A stretch of 20,000 nt of DNA, taken from IMG/VR virus record IMGVR_UViG_3300031088_000603; one strand, given 5' to 3'. The translations under genes were made by a program, and so were the position numbers. Positions 1 through 7,502 of this stretch are shown piece by piece; positions within the stretch are counted from its first letter, which is position 1, and each line of letters begins with the position of its first letter. This stretch comes from an uncultured virus (IMG/VR IMGVR_UViG_3300031088_000603). Lineage: Duplodnaviria; Heunggongvirae; Uroviricota; Caudoviricetes. The notes below the pieces were generated by a model. It saw nothing but the letters and a program-made list of their open reading frames with translations. It had not been told where the DNA came from and searched no databases.

Positions 1-45
1 CAATCTCCCGCACCTAAGCCTTACACGCTGAGGTGAGGTACTAGG

Positions 46-750
46 TTGCGTACCCTACTTAAGGCTGTTCCTATGAAGTTGCGCCAACTTTGGAGAGACG
101 ATCACGCTGAATCAAGTGTCATGCATACGATCAGCCTCATCGTCAGTGCTCTTAGCGCAGCAACGCTTACCGGGTTCGTTGGGACAATGTACAACTCCGG
201 CGTAGCTCTGGGTAGCGAGAACCAAGCGCAGATGGAATCGATCACAGCGGCAGCATTCTTCGAGCGTGAAGGAAGTGACACTCGCCAGGTGTCTGACCAA
301 GACCCCACCAAAGCAACCATCATGGTTCAAGATGGAACATGCATCACTTACTCGCTCGAACCGTCCGAGACTAAGAACGATGAGGTAAGTTTCGTCCGCA
401 CTGAAAACACCTGCGTAGATGATGGGTTCATCCCATTCCGCAAGGTGCTAATCAACTCGATGGATACCACGAGCTACTTTCAGTACATCAACGTAGCTGG
501 TCGAGAGATTGTGGGCGGAGAGGTGCAAGGTGAGTGCGACCCGTTCTTTACTCCTACTGAGTGTGAGTCAACCGTTCCTCACGTCATTCGCGTTCATGCC
601 GATACCAAGAACCCTATCACTGGCAAACAAGACCTAGAATTCACCGTAGTGACTAGCATCCCGCTTCATCAAATGATGGTTGATGGCGACGACAATGTTG
701 CTGTTACATCGACCATTCCGAATGATGGGACGGCAACCACCGCTCCTTAG
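46..750 (+). CDS. Minor pilin/pseudopilin-like protein with non-canonical prepilin N-terminus
   Basis: Basic leader ending RDDHAE, then SSVMHTISLIVSALSAATLTGFVG hydrophobic helix, then a soluble Cys-containing domain. Motif matches DDAAENSIMQTITIAVSAIL of the 13168-18292 genes. GAGGTGAGG upstream of TTG; alternative ATG at 73. Confidence 0.55.
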   Translation: MRTLLKAVPMKLRQLWRDDHAESSVMHTISLIVSALSAATLTGFVGTMYNSGVALGSENQAQMESITAAAFFEREGSDTRQVSDQDPTKATIMVQDGTCITYSLEPSETKNDEVSFVRTENTCVDDGFIPFRKVLINSMDTTSYFQYINVAGREIVGGEVQGECDPFFTPTECESTVPHVIRVHADTKNPITGKQDLEFTVVTSIPLHQMMVDGDDNVAVTSTIPNDGTATTAP

Positions 751-1004
751 TTGAAGATGTCGAAGATGTCGTCGAAGAAGGAACTGCCGCCCCACCACCA
801 CCACCAGCCTCCGCCTCCGTCTCCACCATATCCCCCTCCACCACCGCGCCGTGACCTCTTTGGTCTACTCACGGTAACGATGATGCCAATGACGAAGCCA
901 AGGACGATGACCACACCGATAGCGATGAGGGTTGGGACAACCCATCCGGGTGCCCCGGCTGCTGCTTCGCTAACAGATGATGCTCGGATCACTAGTTCAT
1001 TCAT
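747..1004 (-). CDS. Small single-pass membrane protein with Gly-rich, penta-Trp C-terminal tail
   Basis: TM segment WVVPTLIAIGVVIVLGFVIGIIVTV, basic stop-transfer RPKRSRR, tail GGGGWWWWWGG. A promoter places the predicted TSS on the ATG. Confidence 0.75.
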   Translation of the reverse strand: MNELVIRASSVSEAAAGAPGWVVPTLIAIGVVIVLGFVIGIIVTVSRPKRSRRGGGGGYGGDGGGGWWWWWGGSSFFDDIFDIFN

Positions 1005-1010
1005 GGCGGG

Positions 1011-1039
1011 ATGCTAGCAACAAATTGCCGACTAAGCAA
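1011..1039 (-). promoter_or_regulatory. sigmaA-like leaderless promoter for 747-1004
   Basis: TTGCTT-17 bp-TAGCAT (extended TG), 6 nt to ATG at 1004. Confidence 0.7.
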
Positions 1040-1051
1040 TTAAGTTCTTGC

Positions 1052-1080
1052 TTGCGCTTAGAGCAAGCGTGCTGTAGTGT
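1052..1080 (+). promoter_or_regulatory. sigmaA-like promoter
   Basis: TTGCGC-17 bp-TAGTGT; divergent from the 1011-1039 promoter. Confidence 0.65.
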
Positions 1081-1116
1081 TCATCTATAAGTATTCATCG
1101 ACCAGAAAGAGAAACC

Positions 1117-1422
1117 ATGCCTCAGCCCAGCAACGAGTCGCTCATCAGCCTTGTCAAGGAGACCGTCGAGACCGCAGGTCGTCTCATCAACTTCTCCGAC
1201 AGCCACGCTTCGCTCGTCGGACTCAACGGCTTCCTCACCGGTCTGACGCATGTCGTCATGGGTAACCCCGGTGTGACCGAGGTCGAGATCGTGACCGATG
1301 CTAAGAACCCCATGTGGGTCGATGACGACGACAGCGAGAACCACGGCGCGTCGGTGGCGCTTTACCGCTCCATCACTCGTCAGGGCGTGTACCTCATCAA
1401 GCTGCTCAAGCAGGGCGAGTAG
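1117..1422 (+). CDS. Hypothetical protein (101 aa)
   Basis: AGAAAGAG RBS, strong GC3 codon bias, own promoter and terminator. Confidence 0.8.
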   Translation: MPQPSNESLISLVKETVETAGRLINFSDSHASLVGLNGFLTGLTHVVMGNPGVTEVEIVTDAKNPMWVDDDDSENHGASVALYRSITRQGVYLIKLLKQGE

Positions 1423-1428
1423 ACCGCT

Positions 1429-1470
1429 GACAAAACACCCCGTCTGAACTAACAGACGGGGTGTTTTGTC
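1429..1470. terminator. Bidirectional intrinsic terminator
   Basis: Perfect 18-bp inverted repeat GACAAAACACCCCGTCTG / CAGACGGGGTGTTTTGTC between convergent genes. Confidence 0.9.
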
Positions 1471-1478
1471 GTTAACGA

Positions 1479-1733
1479 CTAATGAGTGTAGACGTGCCTC
1501 ATGCGTTCATTGATATCAGAAACCTGTCGCGGCAATGTGAACAGGTCGATGATGGTGCCAATCCCGAACAAGCCCCACGTGAGTAGCCAGATGACACCCT
1601 TGACCGGCTTGCCTAGATAGAAGTGCTGGATGCCTGCAACGAGAACGAAGGTGAGCGCCCAGAGAAGGTAGGCGAGTCCAAGATCCTTCTGTGGTTGAGT
1701 CGGGCTGATGTAAACGGGTTGTGGTGTGCTCAT
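1479..1733 (-). CDS. TM2-domain membrane protein
   Basis: KDLGLAYLLW...AGIQHFYLGKPVKGVIWLLTWGLFGIGTIIDLF is the typical TM2 signature; GGAG RBS; TAAAAT -10 at 1761-1766. Confidence 0.88.
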   Translation of the reverse strand: MSTPQPVYISPTQPQKDLGLAYLLWALTFVLVAGIQHFYLGKPVKGVIWLLTWGLFGIGTIIDLFTLPRQVSDINERMRHVYTH

Positions 1734-1844
1734 GGTGCTCCAATGATGTCGCGGAATGGTATTTTAGACCCGAATGAGTACCCGTATCGGAAAACCAAAC
1801 CAGACTTGATGACATTGGTACTACGGTGCTACCCTGTCTGTACT

Positions 1845-2891
1845 ATGGATTCGTCGCCACATACGCTTTCGGAGCTTGTTGCTCGGCGTATTGTCACGCC
1901 AAGAAAGCCGAGCGTGGTTCAGGGCTACTACCCCAAGCATAGTGAGTTCGTGGCAACGCTCAGGGATGAGTGCGATGTACATGGGTTCGATTTCAAAGAG
2001 GCGCTTGCTGAGTACAAAGACAGCAGCCTGCGGGAACTCTTTGCTGACTCCGACTACAAGAGGTTCCCTACCGGACTCAATAGGAACGTCACTGCTGAGG
2101 TCAATCAGATGCAGCGTATAGACACCAGCTACATGACCCGTGTGCCGCTAGCCTATGGGTTCCTTGTCAATCCCGCCCGAGCTTCTGCATACATGGTGCA
2201 GTGGACTGAGAACAAGGCTGATAACGTCGTCTCAACCGATCTACAGCCACCCCATGTATGGCTGCGGCACGCGAATCGAATGCCAGGTGATGTCATCCCA
2301 CGTAACCTTCGATTGGCATTCAAGACCGAGTTCTGGCGGACGGATATCACCAAGGTCGAGCCACACAAAGTTGAGTCAAAAATCGCACGTTCATTCGGTG
2401 CTGAGGGTGCATTGGTCGATGCGTTTAGCCTTCCGATGACTCCCAACCGAGACCAATTTTCGGGGCTGTGTAACGTGCTACCACTGTCGGCATACGCGGC
2501 GCACCTTCGACCTTCTGTACAGGATGCGGTGAGTGCCCAGTGGCTGTTCAATGAGTTCTCATCCCGTGTCGATAAGCTATCTGTACCAGGCAGAGAAAAG
2601 ACAAACAGTAAGGCTGTGTACGAGTTCACCGCCAAGATCGATATCGCCACCTCACACACCGCATATGCCATAGCAAGGCGTGAATGGGGAAGTGACTACC
2701 CGCTCTCGTGGTCCATTCTGGGAGAGTATTTGAACCTTGCTGTAGATGAAGTTCGCCGCGCCGCGTTGACCGATGCCGTGCCTTCTCAGATATTCAGATT
2801 GATGACAGAAGGGCTGAGCTACCAAGAGGCAGTTATGGTGTCAGGCAGCGGAATGGACGACAGCCTCTTCAACTCTCTCCGCGCTGCGTAA
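1845..2891 (+). CDS. Hypothetical protein (~348 aa) with C-terminal GLS...MDDSLFNSL motif
   Basis: Long ORF. Start moved from 1623 to ATG 1845 to avoid overlapping the TM2 gene; candidate promoter TTGATG-18-TACCCT at 1806-1835. Confidence 0.7.
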   Translation: MDSSPHTLSELVARRIVTPRKPSVVQGYYPKHSEFVATLRDECDVHGFDFKEALAEYKDSSLRELFADSDYKRFPTGLNRNVTAEVNQMQRIDTSYMTRVPLAYGFLVNPARASAYMVQWTENKADNVVSTDLQPPHVWLRHANRMPGDVIPRNLRLAFKTEFWRTDITKVEPHKVESKIARSFGAEGALVDAFSLPMTPNRDQFSGLCNVLPLSAYAAHLRPSVQDAVSAQWLFNEFSSRVDKLSVPGREKTNSKAVYEFTAKIDIATSHTAYAIARREWGSDYPLSWSILGEYLNLAVDEVRRAALTDAVPSQIFRLMTEGLSYQEAVMVSGSGMDDSLFNSLRAA

Positions 2892-2898
2892 TTCGTTC

Positions 2899-2927
2899 TT
2901 GCAATGAGCGGTCATGTAGGTTATGAT
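2899..2927 (+). promoter_or_regulatory. sigmaA-like promoter
   Basis: TTGCAA-17 bp-TATGAT. Confidence 0.75.
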
Positions 2928-2966
2928 TGATTTATCTTATTCACCCACACTCGAAGGAACGTAACT

Positions 2967-3209
2967 ATGGCTACCCAGGAAGCTACCGTCGCCGCCAAAA
3001 AGGAAGAGGCTGCGATTGCGTTCATCATCGAGAACTACGGTCGAGCCAACCACCCCTCGCACTCGCGCCGCTCCATCGAGTTCCGCTCCGTCTCCACCTA
3101 CGCTGCTCGTTACGGTCACACCGTGGACGACTTCATCTTCGACGAGGCGATTGCTCGTCGCTTCGGAGACGGTATGGAGTTCGAGGGCTGGGCACCCGAG
3201 TCCGACTAA
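2967..3209 (+). CDS. Hypothetical protein (80 aa)
   Basis: GAAGGAA RBS, strong codon bias. Confidence 0.8.
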   Translation: MATQEATVAAKKEEAAIAFIIENYGRANHPSHSRRSIEFRSVSTYAARYGHTVDDFIFDEAIARRFGDGMEFEGWAPESD

Positions 3210-3250
3210 AACGCACCCTTCATCAGATCCTCTATCAGAAAGAGTAAACC

Positions 3251-3730
3251 GTGTACTTCGTAGTCAATGAGCGTCACCGTCCCGGCACCTACAACGCACC
3301 CCGGCACTCGGAAGAGGAAGAGACTCGCCGCCGTGCCGTGAACATCGATGTTCACGAGCGCTACTACGCCGCCCTGGTCCGATACGCCGAGGACGAGCCG
3401 CGCATCAGCATCAAGCCCAAGGAAGACCAATTCTTCCCAACTACGTTGACCATCTACGTCGATGGCGGTCACGAGTGGGCGTACGTCACGTGGGCTGGTT
3501 TTGGTCAGGAAGACCGCCGCCCCATCGAAGAGTGGCGCGGTCACGTCGTGCTTCGTGCTTCGACCGAAGAGGCGCAGTACGAGCTTCTCGACATGCGAAA
3601 CCTCGACTACAACGTCTTCAAGTACGGTGATGCTCAGGCGCGAATCGTCATCAATGCGGTCAAGGCTCACATCGAGAGCGGCTTCGCGGAGCCTGTCAAG
3701 GTGTCCAGCAACATCGGGTTCCAGATCTAA
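3251..3730 (+). CDS. Hypothetical protein (159 aa)
   Basis: AGAAAGAG RBS before GTG, codon bias, followed by a terminator. Confidence 0.8.
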   Translation: MYFVVNERHRPGTYNAPRHSEEEETRRRAVNIDVHERYYAALVRYAEDEPRISIKPKEDQFFPTTLTIYVDGGHEWAYVTWAGFGQEDRRPIEEWRGHVVLRASTEEAQYELLDMRNLDYNVFKYGDAQARIVINAVKAHIESGFAEPVKVSSNIGFQI

Positions 3731-3742
3731 GAACCTCACATC

Positions 3743-3778
3743 AAGGGCGTGACTACTTACGGGTGGTCACGCCCTTTG
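3743..3778 (+). terminator. Intrinsic terminator
   Basis: AAGGGCGTGACTAC / GTGGTCACGCCCTT stem followed by T-rich bases. Confidence 0.8.
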
Positions 3779-3902
3779 TGGTTGCATAGCGGTAGTCATT
3801 TGTGATGAGTGCGAGTGTTACAGGAGTGTTTCGTGATGCCAAAGTGAGCTATGGGGTACAAACCTGAGTTAGAATCTGCCGCACTACCAAGGGGAGTACA
3901 TC

Positions 3903-4151
3903 ATGCAGCAGAGAACGCCAGAAGAAACCAAGGTCATGCTCGAAGCAATCGCACGCGAGACCAGGAGGCTTGTAGACACCTGGGGCGGAGTTGACTACGA
4001 CTGGGCAATCGGCGTAGTGGCTCGTGCGAACAACCACCGATACAACCGCACCGAGGTTCGTTTTGGAATCAGCGAAGCTGTCAAGAATGGTTACCTCGAT
4101 ATCAAGACGCTGCCTGGCGACCTCAGCAAGAGCATTCACCCCGGAGCCTAA
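3903..4151 (+). CDS. Hypothetical protein (82 aa)
   Basis: AAGGGGAG RBS; TAGAAT -10 at 3870-3875. Confidence 0.7.
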   Translation: MQQRTPEETKVMLEAIARETRRLVDTWGGVDYDWAIGVVARANNHRYNRTEVRFGISEAVKNGYLDIKTLPGDLSKSIHPGA

Positions 4152-4165
4152 GGAACTGGTAGGCG

Positions 4166-4194
4166 TTGACACCATGACAAATATACGGTAAGTT
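4166..4194 (+). promoter_or_regulatory. sigmaA-like promoter
   Basis: TTGACA-17 bp-TAAGTT. Confidence 0.75.
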
Positions 4195-4230
4195 GTTTAT
4201 ACCACTACAGGATACGTCAAGGAGAACACA

Positions 4231-4641
4231 ATGGCTGAGAAGACCAGCGCTGAGATCGGTAACGAGATCCTCGCAATCGTTCGCAGTGCGCACTCGATGA
4301 AGTCGGAACTCTACAGCCGCGTTCTCATCGCGCAGAAGTTCATCAAGGACTTCTACCGCGAGAACCACCACTTCACCGAGCACCGTTACGCCGCTTTCGA
4401 GAACTCGACGGGGCTATCCATCGAGAACATCGATGCTGAGGGAATTTTCCTCGACGTGGACTACGACGACGGTGCCTACATCACATTCGACGACCTCGAC
4501 AACATCAAGACATACCTTAAGCAGGACTACGAGGTGTTCAAGGCTAACTTCGCCGCCAGGGAGGAAGAGCGAATCGCTCTCCAGGGTCGTAAGCTCCGCG
4601 AAGAGCTTGACGCTCTCGAATCCACACGACAGGTGATCTAA
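4231..4641 (+). CDS. Hypothetical protein (136 aa) with probable C-terminal coiled coil
   Basis: AAGGAG RBS, codon bias. Confidence 0.8.
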   Translation: MAEKTSAEIGNEILAIVRSAHSMKSELYSRVLIAQKFIKDFYRENHHFTEHRYAAFENSTGLSIENIDAEGIFLDVDYDDGAYITFDDLDNIKTYLKQDYEVFKANFAAREEERIALQGRKLREELDALESTRQVI

Positions 4642-4643
4642 CC

Positions 4644-4931
4644 ATGATGAACGACAAGGAACTGGCTCGAATCGTTGATGTGGCTTCCGGTGTGACTTAC
4701 CAGGAGCTTCCCGAGGGTTACTTCATCAAGCTCACCGAAGAGGTCACGAGTGACGAGCATGAGATCGTGCGAGCCATCGTCATCGAGGATGTTGAGTCCG
4801 GAAAGTTCTACCGGACTCTGTTCCGGTTCAACTACTACTCGCAGTACGGCGAGCCGATTGGCGGTGTCTCTGACCTCCAAGAGGTCTTTCCTCGCGAAGT
4901 GATGACCGTCGTCTACGAGCGCGCTCAGTAG
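4644..4931 (+). CDS. Hypothetical acidic phage-type protein (95 aa)
   Basis: AGGTGA RBS, 2 nt after the previous stop, codon bias. Confidence 0.8.
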   Translation: MMNDKELARIVDVASGVTYQELPEGYFIKLTEEVTSDEHEIVRAIVIEDVESGKFYRTLFRFNYYSQYGEPIGGVSDLQEVFPREVMTVVYERAQ

Positions 4932-5380
4932 TGCCCGCCCAGCCTCTTTCGATGGAGGGTGAACTCCGATACCGCCATGCGGAAGAGTTCACCCTCCGCC
5001 GTGCGTTTTCCGGTAGTGATGATTCCTACATCGTTTGGCTCGCGTGGCACGACATCACGAAGTCCGACTTGACGTTTGATATCAATGCCTTGGGTGTAGA
5101 CCGCGACTCTGCTATCTCGTCACTTGATATCGATGAGCTTGATGAGATGTGGGAGAAGGTGGTTCATACAGACCCAGTTAGTCGTTTAGTGTGGATATTG
5201 ACAGCGAAGATTACTCACCTTAAACTTGACGACCTACTCTTGATGATTGAACGTGGAGTGGATGTTGATGACTACCGCAAGTGGTATTTCTCTGGTATCT
5301 CACCCGAGCGGATAGCCGTCATGGTGAGGGACATGGATGGCAGTTTGATTGAGTCGTTCCTGTTCGGTTCGCAAGGCTAG
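4931..5380 (+). CDS. Hypothetical protein with C-terminal GIS...MDGSLIESF motif
   Basis: GTG overlaps the upstream TAG; weaker GC3 bias than its neighbours; C-terminus resembles that of 1845-2891. Confidence 0.7.
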   Translation: MPAQPLSMEGELRYRHAEEFTLRRAFSGSDDSYIVWLAWHDITKSDLTFDINALGVDRDSAISSLDIDELDEMWEKVVHTDPVSRLVWILTAKITHLKLDDLLLMIERGVDVDDYRKWYFSGISPERIAVMVRDMDGSLIESFLFGSQG

Positions 5381-5412
5381 TCCTCACCAATCAGGACACG
5401 CCGACCGTATGG

Positions 5413-5441
5413 TTGCGGATAGTGGCGGGCTGTGATAGATT
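5413..5441 (+). promoter_or_regulatory. sigmaA-like promoter
   Basis: TTGCGG-17 bp-TAGATT with extended TG. Confidence 0.7.
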
Positions 5442-5470
5442 CTGTCATAGATACTCAAACGGAGGTTCAC

Positions 5471-6046
5471 ATGTACATCGGTCTTGACCTAGATGGTGTT
5501 ACCGCTCGATACGTCGAGGGGCTTCGTGATGCCGTTGCCAAGGCACTGGGGATTACCCCCGAGGACGTTGGTGGCGAGCCTGAAGACTACGGCTTCAGTA
5601 ACTGGCGTGAGATGAAGGATCGCTTCAAGGAGCTTCACACGGGCGGTGTCGCAGAGGGTCTGTACCGTAAGCTCGCTATCTTCGAGGGCGCATCGGAAAT
5701 CCTGTGGAAGCTCTCGGACGAGGGCGATGAGATTGGCGTGGTGACTTCGCGTTTCGTCAAGCACCGCCAGAACGGCATCGTCGTACGCGACACGGCGTAC
5801 TGGCTTGACGAGAACAACGTCCCCTACCGAGACCTCTGCTTCTTGCGAGACAAGACGCGCTTCCTGGCTGATGTCTACCTCGACGACGCGCCTCACAACA
5901 TCGAGGCTTTCCAGGCTGCTGGGCGCTACGTCATCATCTTCGACGCTCCCTACAACCGACACCTCGAAGGTGACCGCGCCTACAATTGGAACGATGTCTA
6001 CACGCTCATCCAGAAGCGCAAGGCTGAGGTCGCTGCCGCCGCGTAA
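5471..6046 (+). CDS. HAD-superfamily 5'(3')-deoxyribonucleotidase (NT5C-like)
   Basis: HAD motif I IGLDLDGV, motif II VVTSR, motif III K, motif IV VYLDDAPHN, C-terminal FDAPYN...NW; GGAGG RBS before ATG 5471. Confidence 0.9.
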   Translation: MYIGLDLDGVTARYVEGLRDAVAKALGITPEDVGGEPEDYGFSNWREMKDRFKELHTGGVAEGLYRKLAIFEGASEILWKLSDEGDEIGVVTSRFVKHRQNGIVVRDTAYWLDENNVPYRDLCFLRDKTRFLADVYLDDAPHNIEAFQAAGRYVIIFDAPYNRHLEGDRAYNWNDVYTLIQKRKAEVAAAA

Positions 6047-6058
6047 AGACATGCGATG

Positions 6059-6102
6059 CGCAAGAACACCCGCTTTCATCGTAGAGAGCGGGTGTTCTTG
6101 CG
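6059..6102 (+). terminator. Intrinsic terminator
   Basis: CGCAAGAACACCCGCT / AGCGGGTGTTCTTGCG inverted repeat. Confidence 0.85.
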
Positions 6103-6107
6103 TGATG

Positions 6108-6136
6108 TGGACAGTGCCGCTGTTTAGTGATAGGGT
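6108..6136 (+). promoter_or_regulatory. sigmaA-like promoter
   Basis: TGGACA-17 bp-TAGGGT with extended TG. Confidence 0.6.
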
Positions 6137-6167
6137 ATAACCAACTAGTCAAGAGAAGGGCGTTGTC

Positions 6168-6530
6168 ATGAACACAACCGCTGAATCCGCCGAGTCCAAC
6201 TACGGCACCCTCGACGCGCTTGGAAACGAGCGAACCAACCTCACGCTTTCGGATGCCCGTGCCCAGGTCGAGCACGACTACAACCACGGGACGCTCTCTT
6301 CCGTCGTACGATATCTCGATGACGGGAGTATCGAGGACTCCTTCGAAGATGAAGACTTCAGCCAGTACGGTCGTCTCGTCACCTCCATCCAAGTCATCCT
6401 CTACAAGCACAGCAAGTCCTACAACTCTTCGAGCGATGAGGCATGGGACCGTAACCCCATCTGCTCGGAAGATGGTCGCGCCTACCCCTGTGAGGTCAGG
6501 GTGGACCTCGAAGCTGCTCTGAAGAGCTAG
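6168..6530 (+). CDS. Hypothetical protein (120 aa); C-terminal H...C...YPC may bind metal
   Basis: GAGAAGGG RBS, codon bias, terminator downstream. Confidence 0.75.
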   Translation: MNTTAESAESNYGTLDALGNERTNLTLSDARAQVEHDYNHGTLSSVVRYLDDGSIEDSFEDEDFSQYGRLVTSIQVILYKHSKSYNSSSDEAWDRNPICSEDGRAYPCEVRVDLEAALKS

Positions 6531-6536
6531 CCACCT

Positions 6537-6584
6537 AGACAGGAAAATGGATCGGAGTGACCCTCCGATCCATTTTCTTTGTCT
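6537..6584 (+). terminator. Intrinsic terminator
   Basis: GAAAATGGATCGGAG / CTCCGATCCATTTTC stem followed by TTTGT. Confidence 0.88.
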
Positions 6585-6590
6585 AAACGA

Positions 6591-6619
6591 TTGACTTTGG
6601 TATCTGATGATGCTAGATT
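6591..6619 (+). promoter_or_regulatory. sigmaA-like promoter with predicted TSS at the uORF ATG 6626
   Basis: TTGACT-17 bp-TAGATT with extended TG, 6 nt to ATG. Confidence 0.78.
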
Positions 6620-6625
6620 CTTCTC

Positions 6626-6658
6626 ATGACCACTTTCATTGCACTCGCATTCACGTAG
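6626..6658 (+). CDS. Leaderless leader peptide (uORF) MTTFIALAFT
   Basis: ATG lies exactly at the predicted TSS; TAG at 6656-6658; precedes a structured leader. Confidence 0.55.
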   Translation: MTTFIALAFT

Positions 6659-6749
6659 GTTTCTGCCTACTTTGATTCCTCCTAAGAGGGTCGTGCTTAC
6701 TCATCCAGCAAGACACAACCATTCAAACTCTTAGAAAAGGAAATCAACC
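6655..6749 (+). promoter_or_regulatory. Structured 5' leader / putative translational attenuator
   Basis: TTGATT-CCT-C-CTAAGAG (6672-6688) pairs with CTCTTAG-AAA-AGG-A-AATCAA (6728-6747) and covers the RBS; inner stem 6689-6720; small hairpin GTAGG/CCTAC over the uORF stop. Confidence 0.6.
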
Positions 6750-7445
6750 ATGTCCAACGCAACAATCGCAACCGTCTCTCCTGTCAACACTCACTCGCCT
6801 TCGTCGAAGCTTGTTGACTACCTCATTCGCTCCAATGCGGATGACTCCCTCTCTCCCGAAGAGAACTACCGTCGAATCATCGAAGCAGCTTTCGAGCACG
6901 CGACCACTAAGCGCCGCAAGCATATCCCTGCCGATGAGATCGCGTCGAACTACGCCAAGCACTCGGTTCCTCTCATGAACCGCTTGATGTACTTCCGCGA
7001 GCACGCTCGCAACACCGCCCGCAAGATCACCAAGGGTCTTCCCGATGAAGTCAAGTGGGTGAACGGCTACGCACCCATCGTCATCAGTGGTATCTACAGT
7101 GGTGGTAAGGACATCACTAGCGAGGTTGCCGCTGGCACTGTAAAGGTGTCGAAGAGCGATGTCGTGAAGTTCAGTGTCGGTGCTCACCTCGGTCAGGTTC
7201 CCGTCAAGTTCTTGACGTACGATCCGATGGCTGCTTCGCAGTACGTCCGTCGTCTCGCTAAGGCTTACGCCGTTGAGGTTGAGCGTGAGAATGTGCGTAC
7301 ACTCTCCAAGAAGAAGTCTGAGCTTGCTGCCAAGAAGGTCTCTTTGGAGAAGCAGGCTGCGGCTGCACAGGCTGAGCTTGATGAGTTGATTCGCAAGAAC
7401 GCGCCCAAGGTCAAAAAGCCTGACTCGCGCCTCGTAAGCGCCTAA
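6750..7445 (+). CDS. Hypothetical basic protein (231 aa) with C-terminal coiled coil
   Basis: AAAGGAAA RBS, codon bias typical of high expression, KKKSELAAKKVSLEKQAAAAQAELDEL heptads. Confidence 0.85.
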   Translation: MSNATIATVSPVNTHSPSSKLVDYLIRSNADDSLSPEENYRRIIEAAFEHATTKRRKHIPADEIASNYAKHSVPLMNRLMYFREHARNTARKITKGLPDEVKWVNGYAPIVISGIYSGGKDITSEVAAGTVKVSKSDVVKFSVGAHLGQVPVKFLTYDPMAASQYVRRLAKAYAVEVERENVRTLSKKKSELAAKKVSLEKQAAAAQAELDELIRKNAPKVKKPDSRLVSA

Positions 7446-7451
7446 GCACGA

Positions 7452-7489
7452 AAGAACCCCCTGTACCCAATCGAGTACAGGGGGTTCTT
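7452..7489. terminator. Bidirectional intrinsic terminator
   Basis: AAGAACCCCCTGTAC / GTACAGGGGGTTCTT between convergent genes. Confidence 0.9.
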
Positions 7490-7502
7490 CGCGTAACTGG
7501 TG

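Noticed and set aside
751..1017. Pro/His-rich plus-strand ORF
   Set aside because: Reverse complement of the Gly/Trp codons of 747-1004, which has a TM helix and a well-placed promoter.
1623..1844. N-terminal extension of the 422-aa ORF
   Set aside because: Overlaps the TM2 gene and its promoter on the other strand; ATG 1845 is more plausible.
3779..3902. Possible small RNA or GGGTAC-N10/11-TARAAT promoter class (also upstream of the TM2 gene)
   Set aside because: Only short complementary patches and two loosely spaced instances; not distinguishable from chance.
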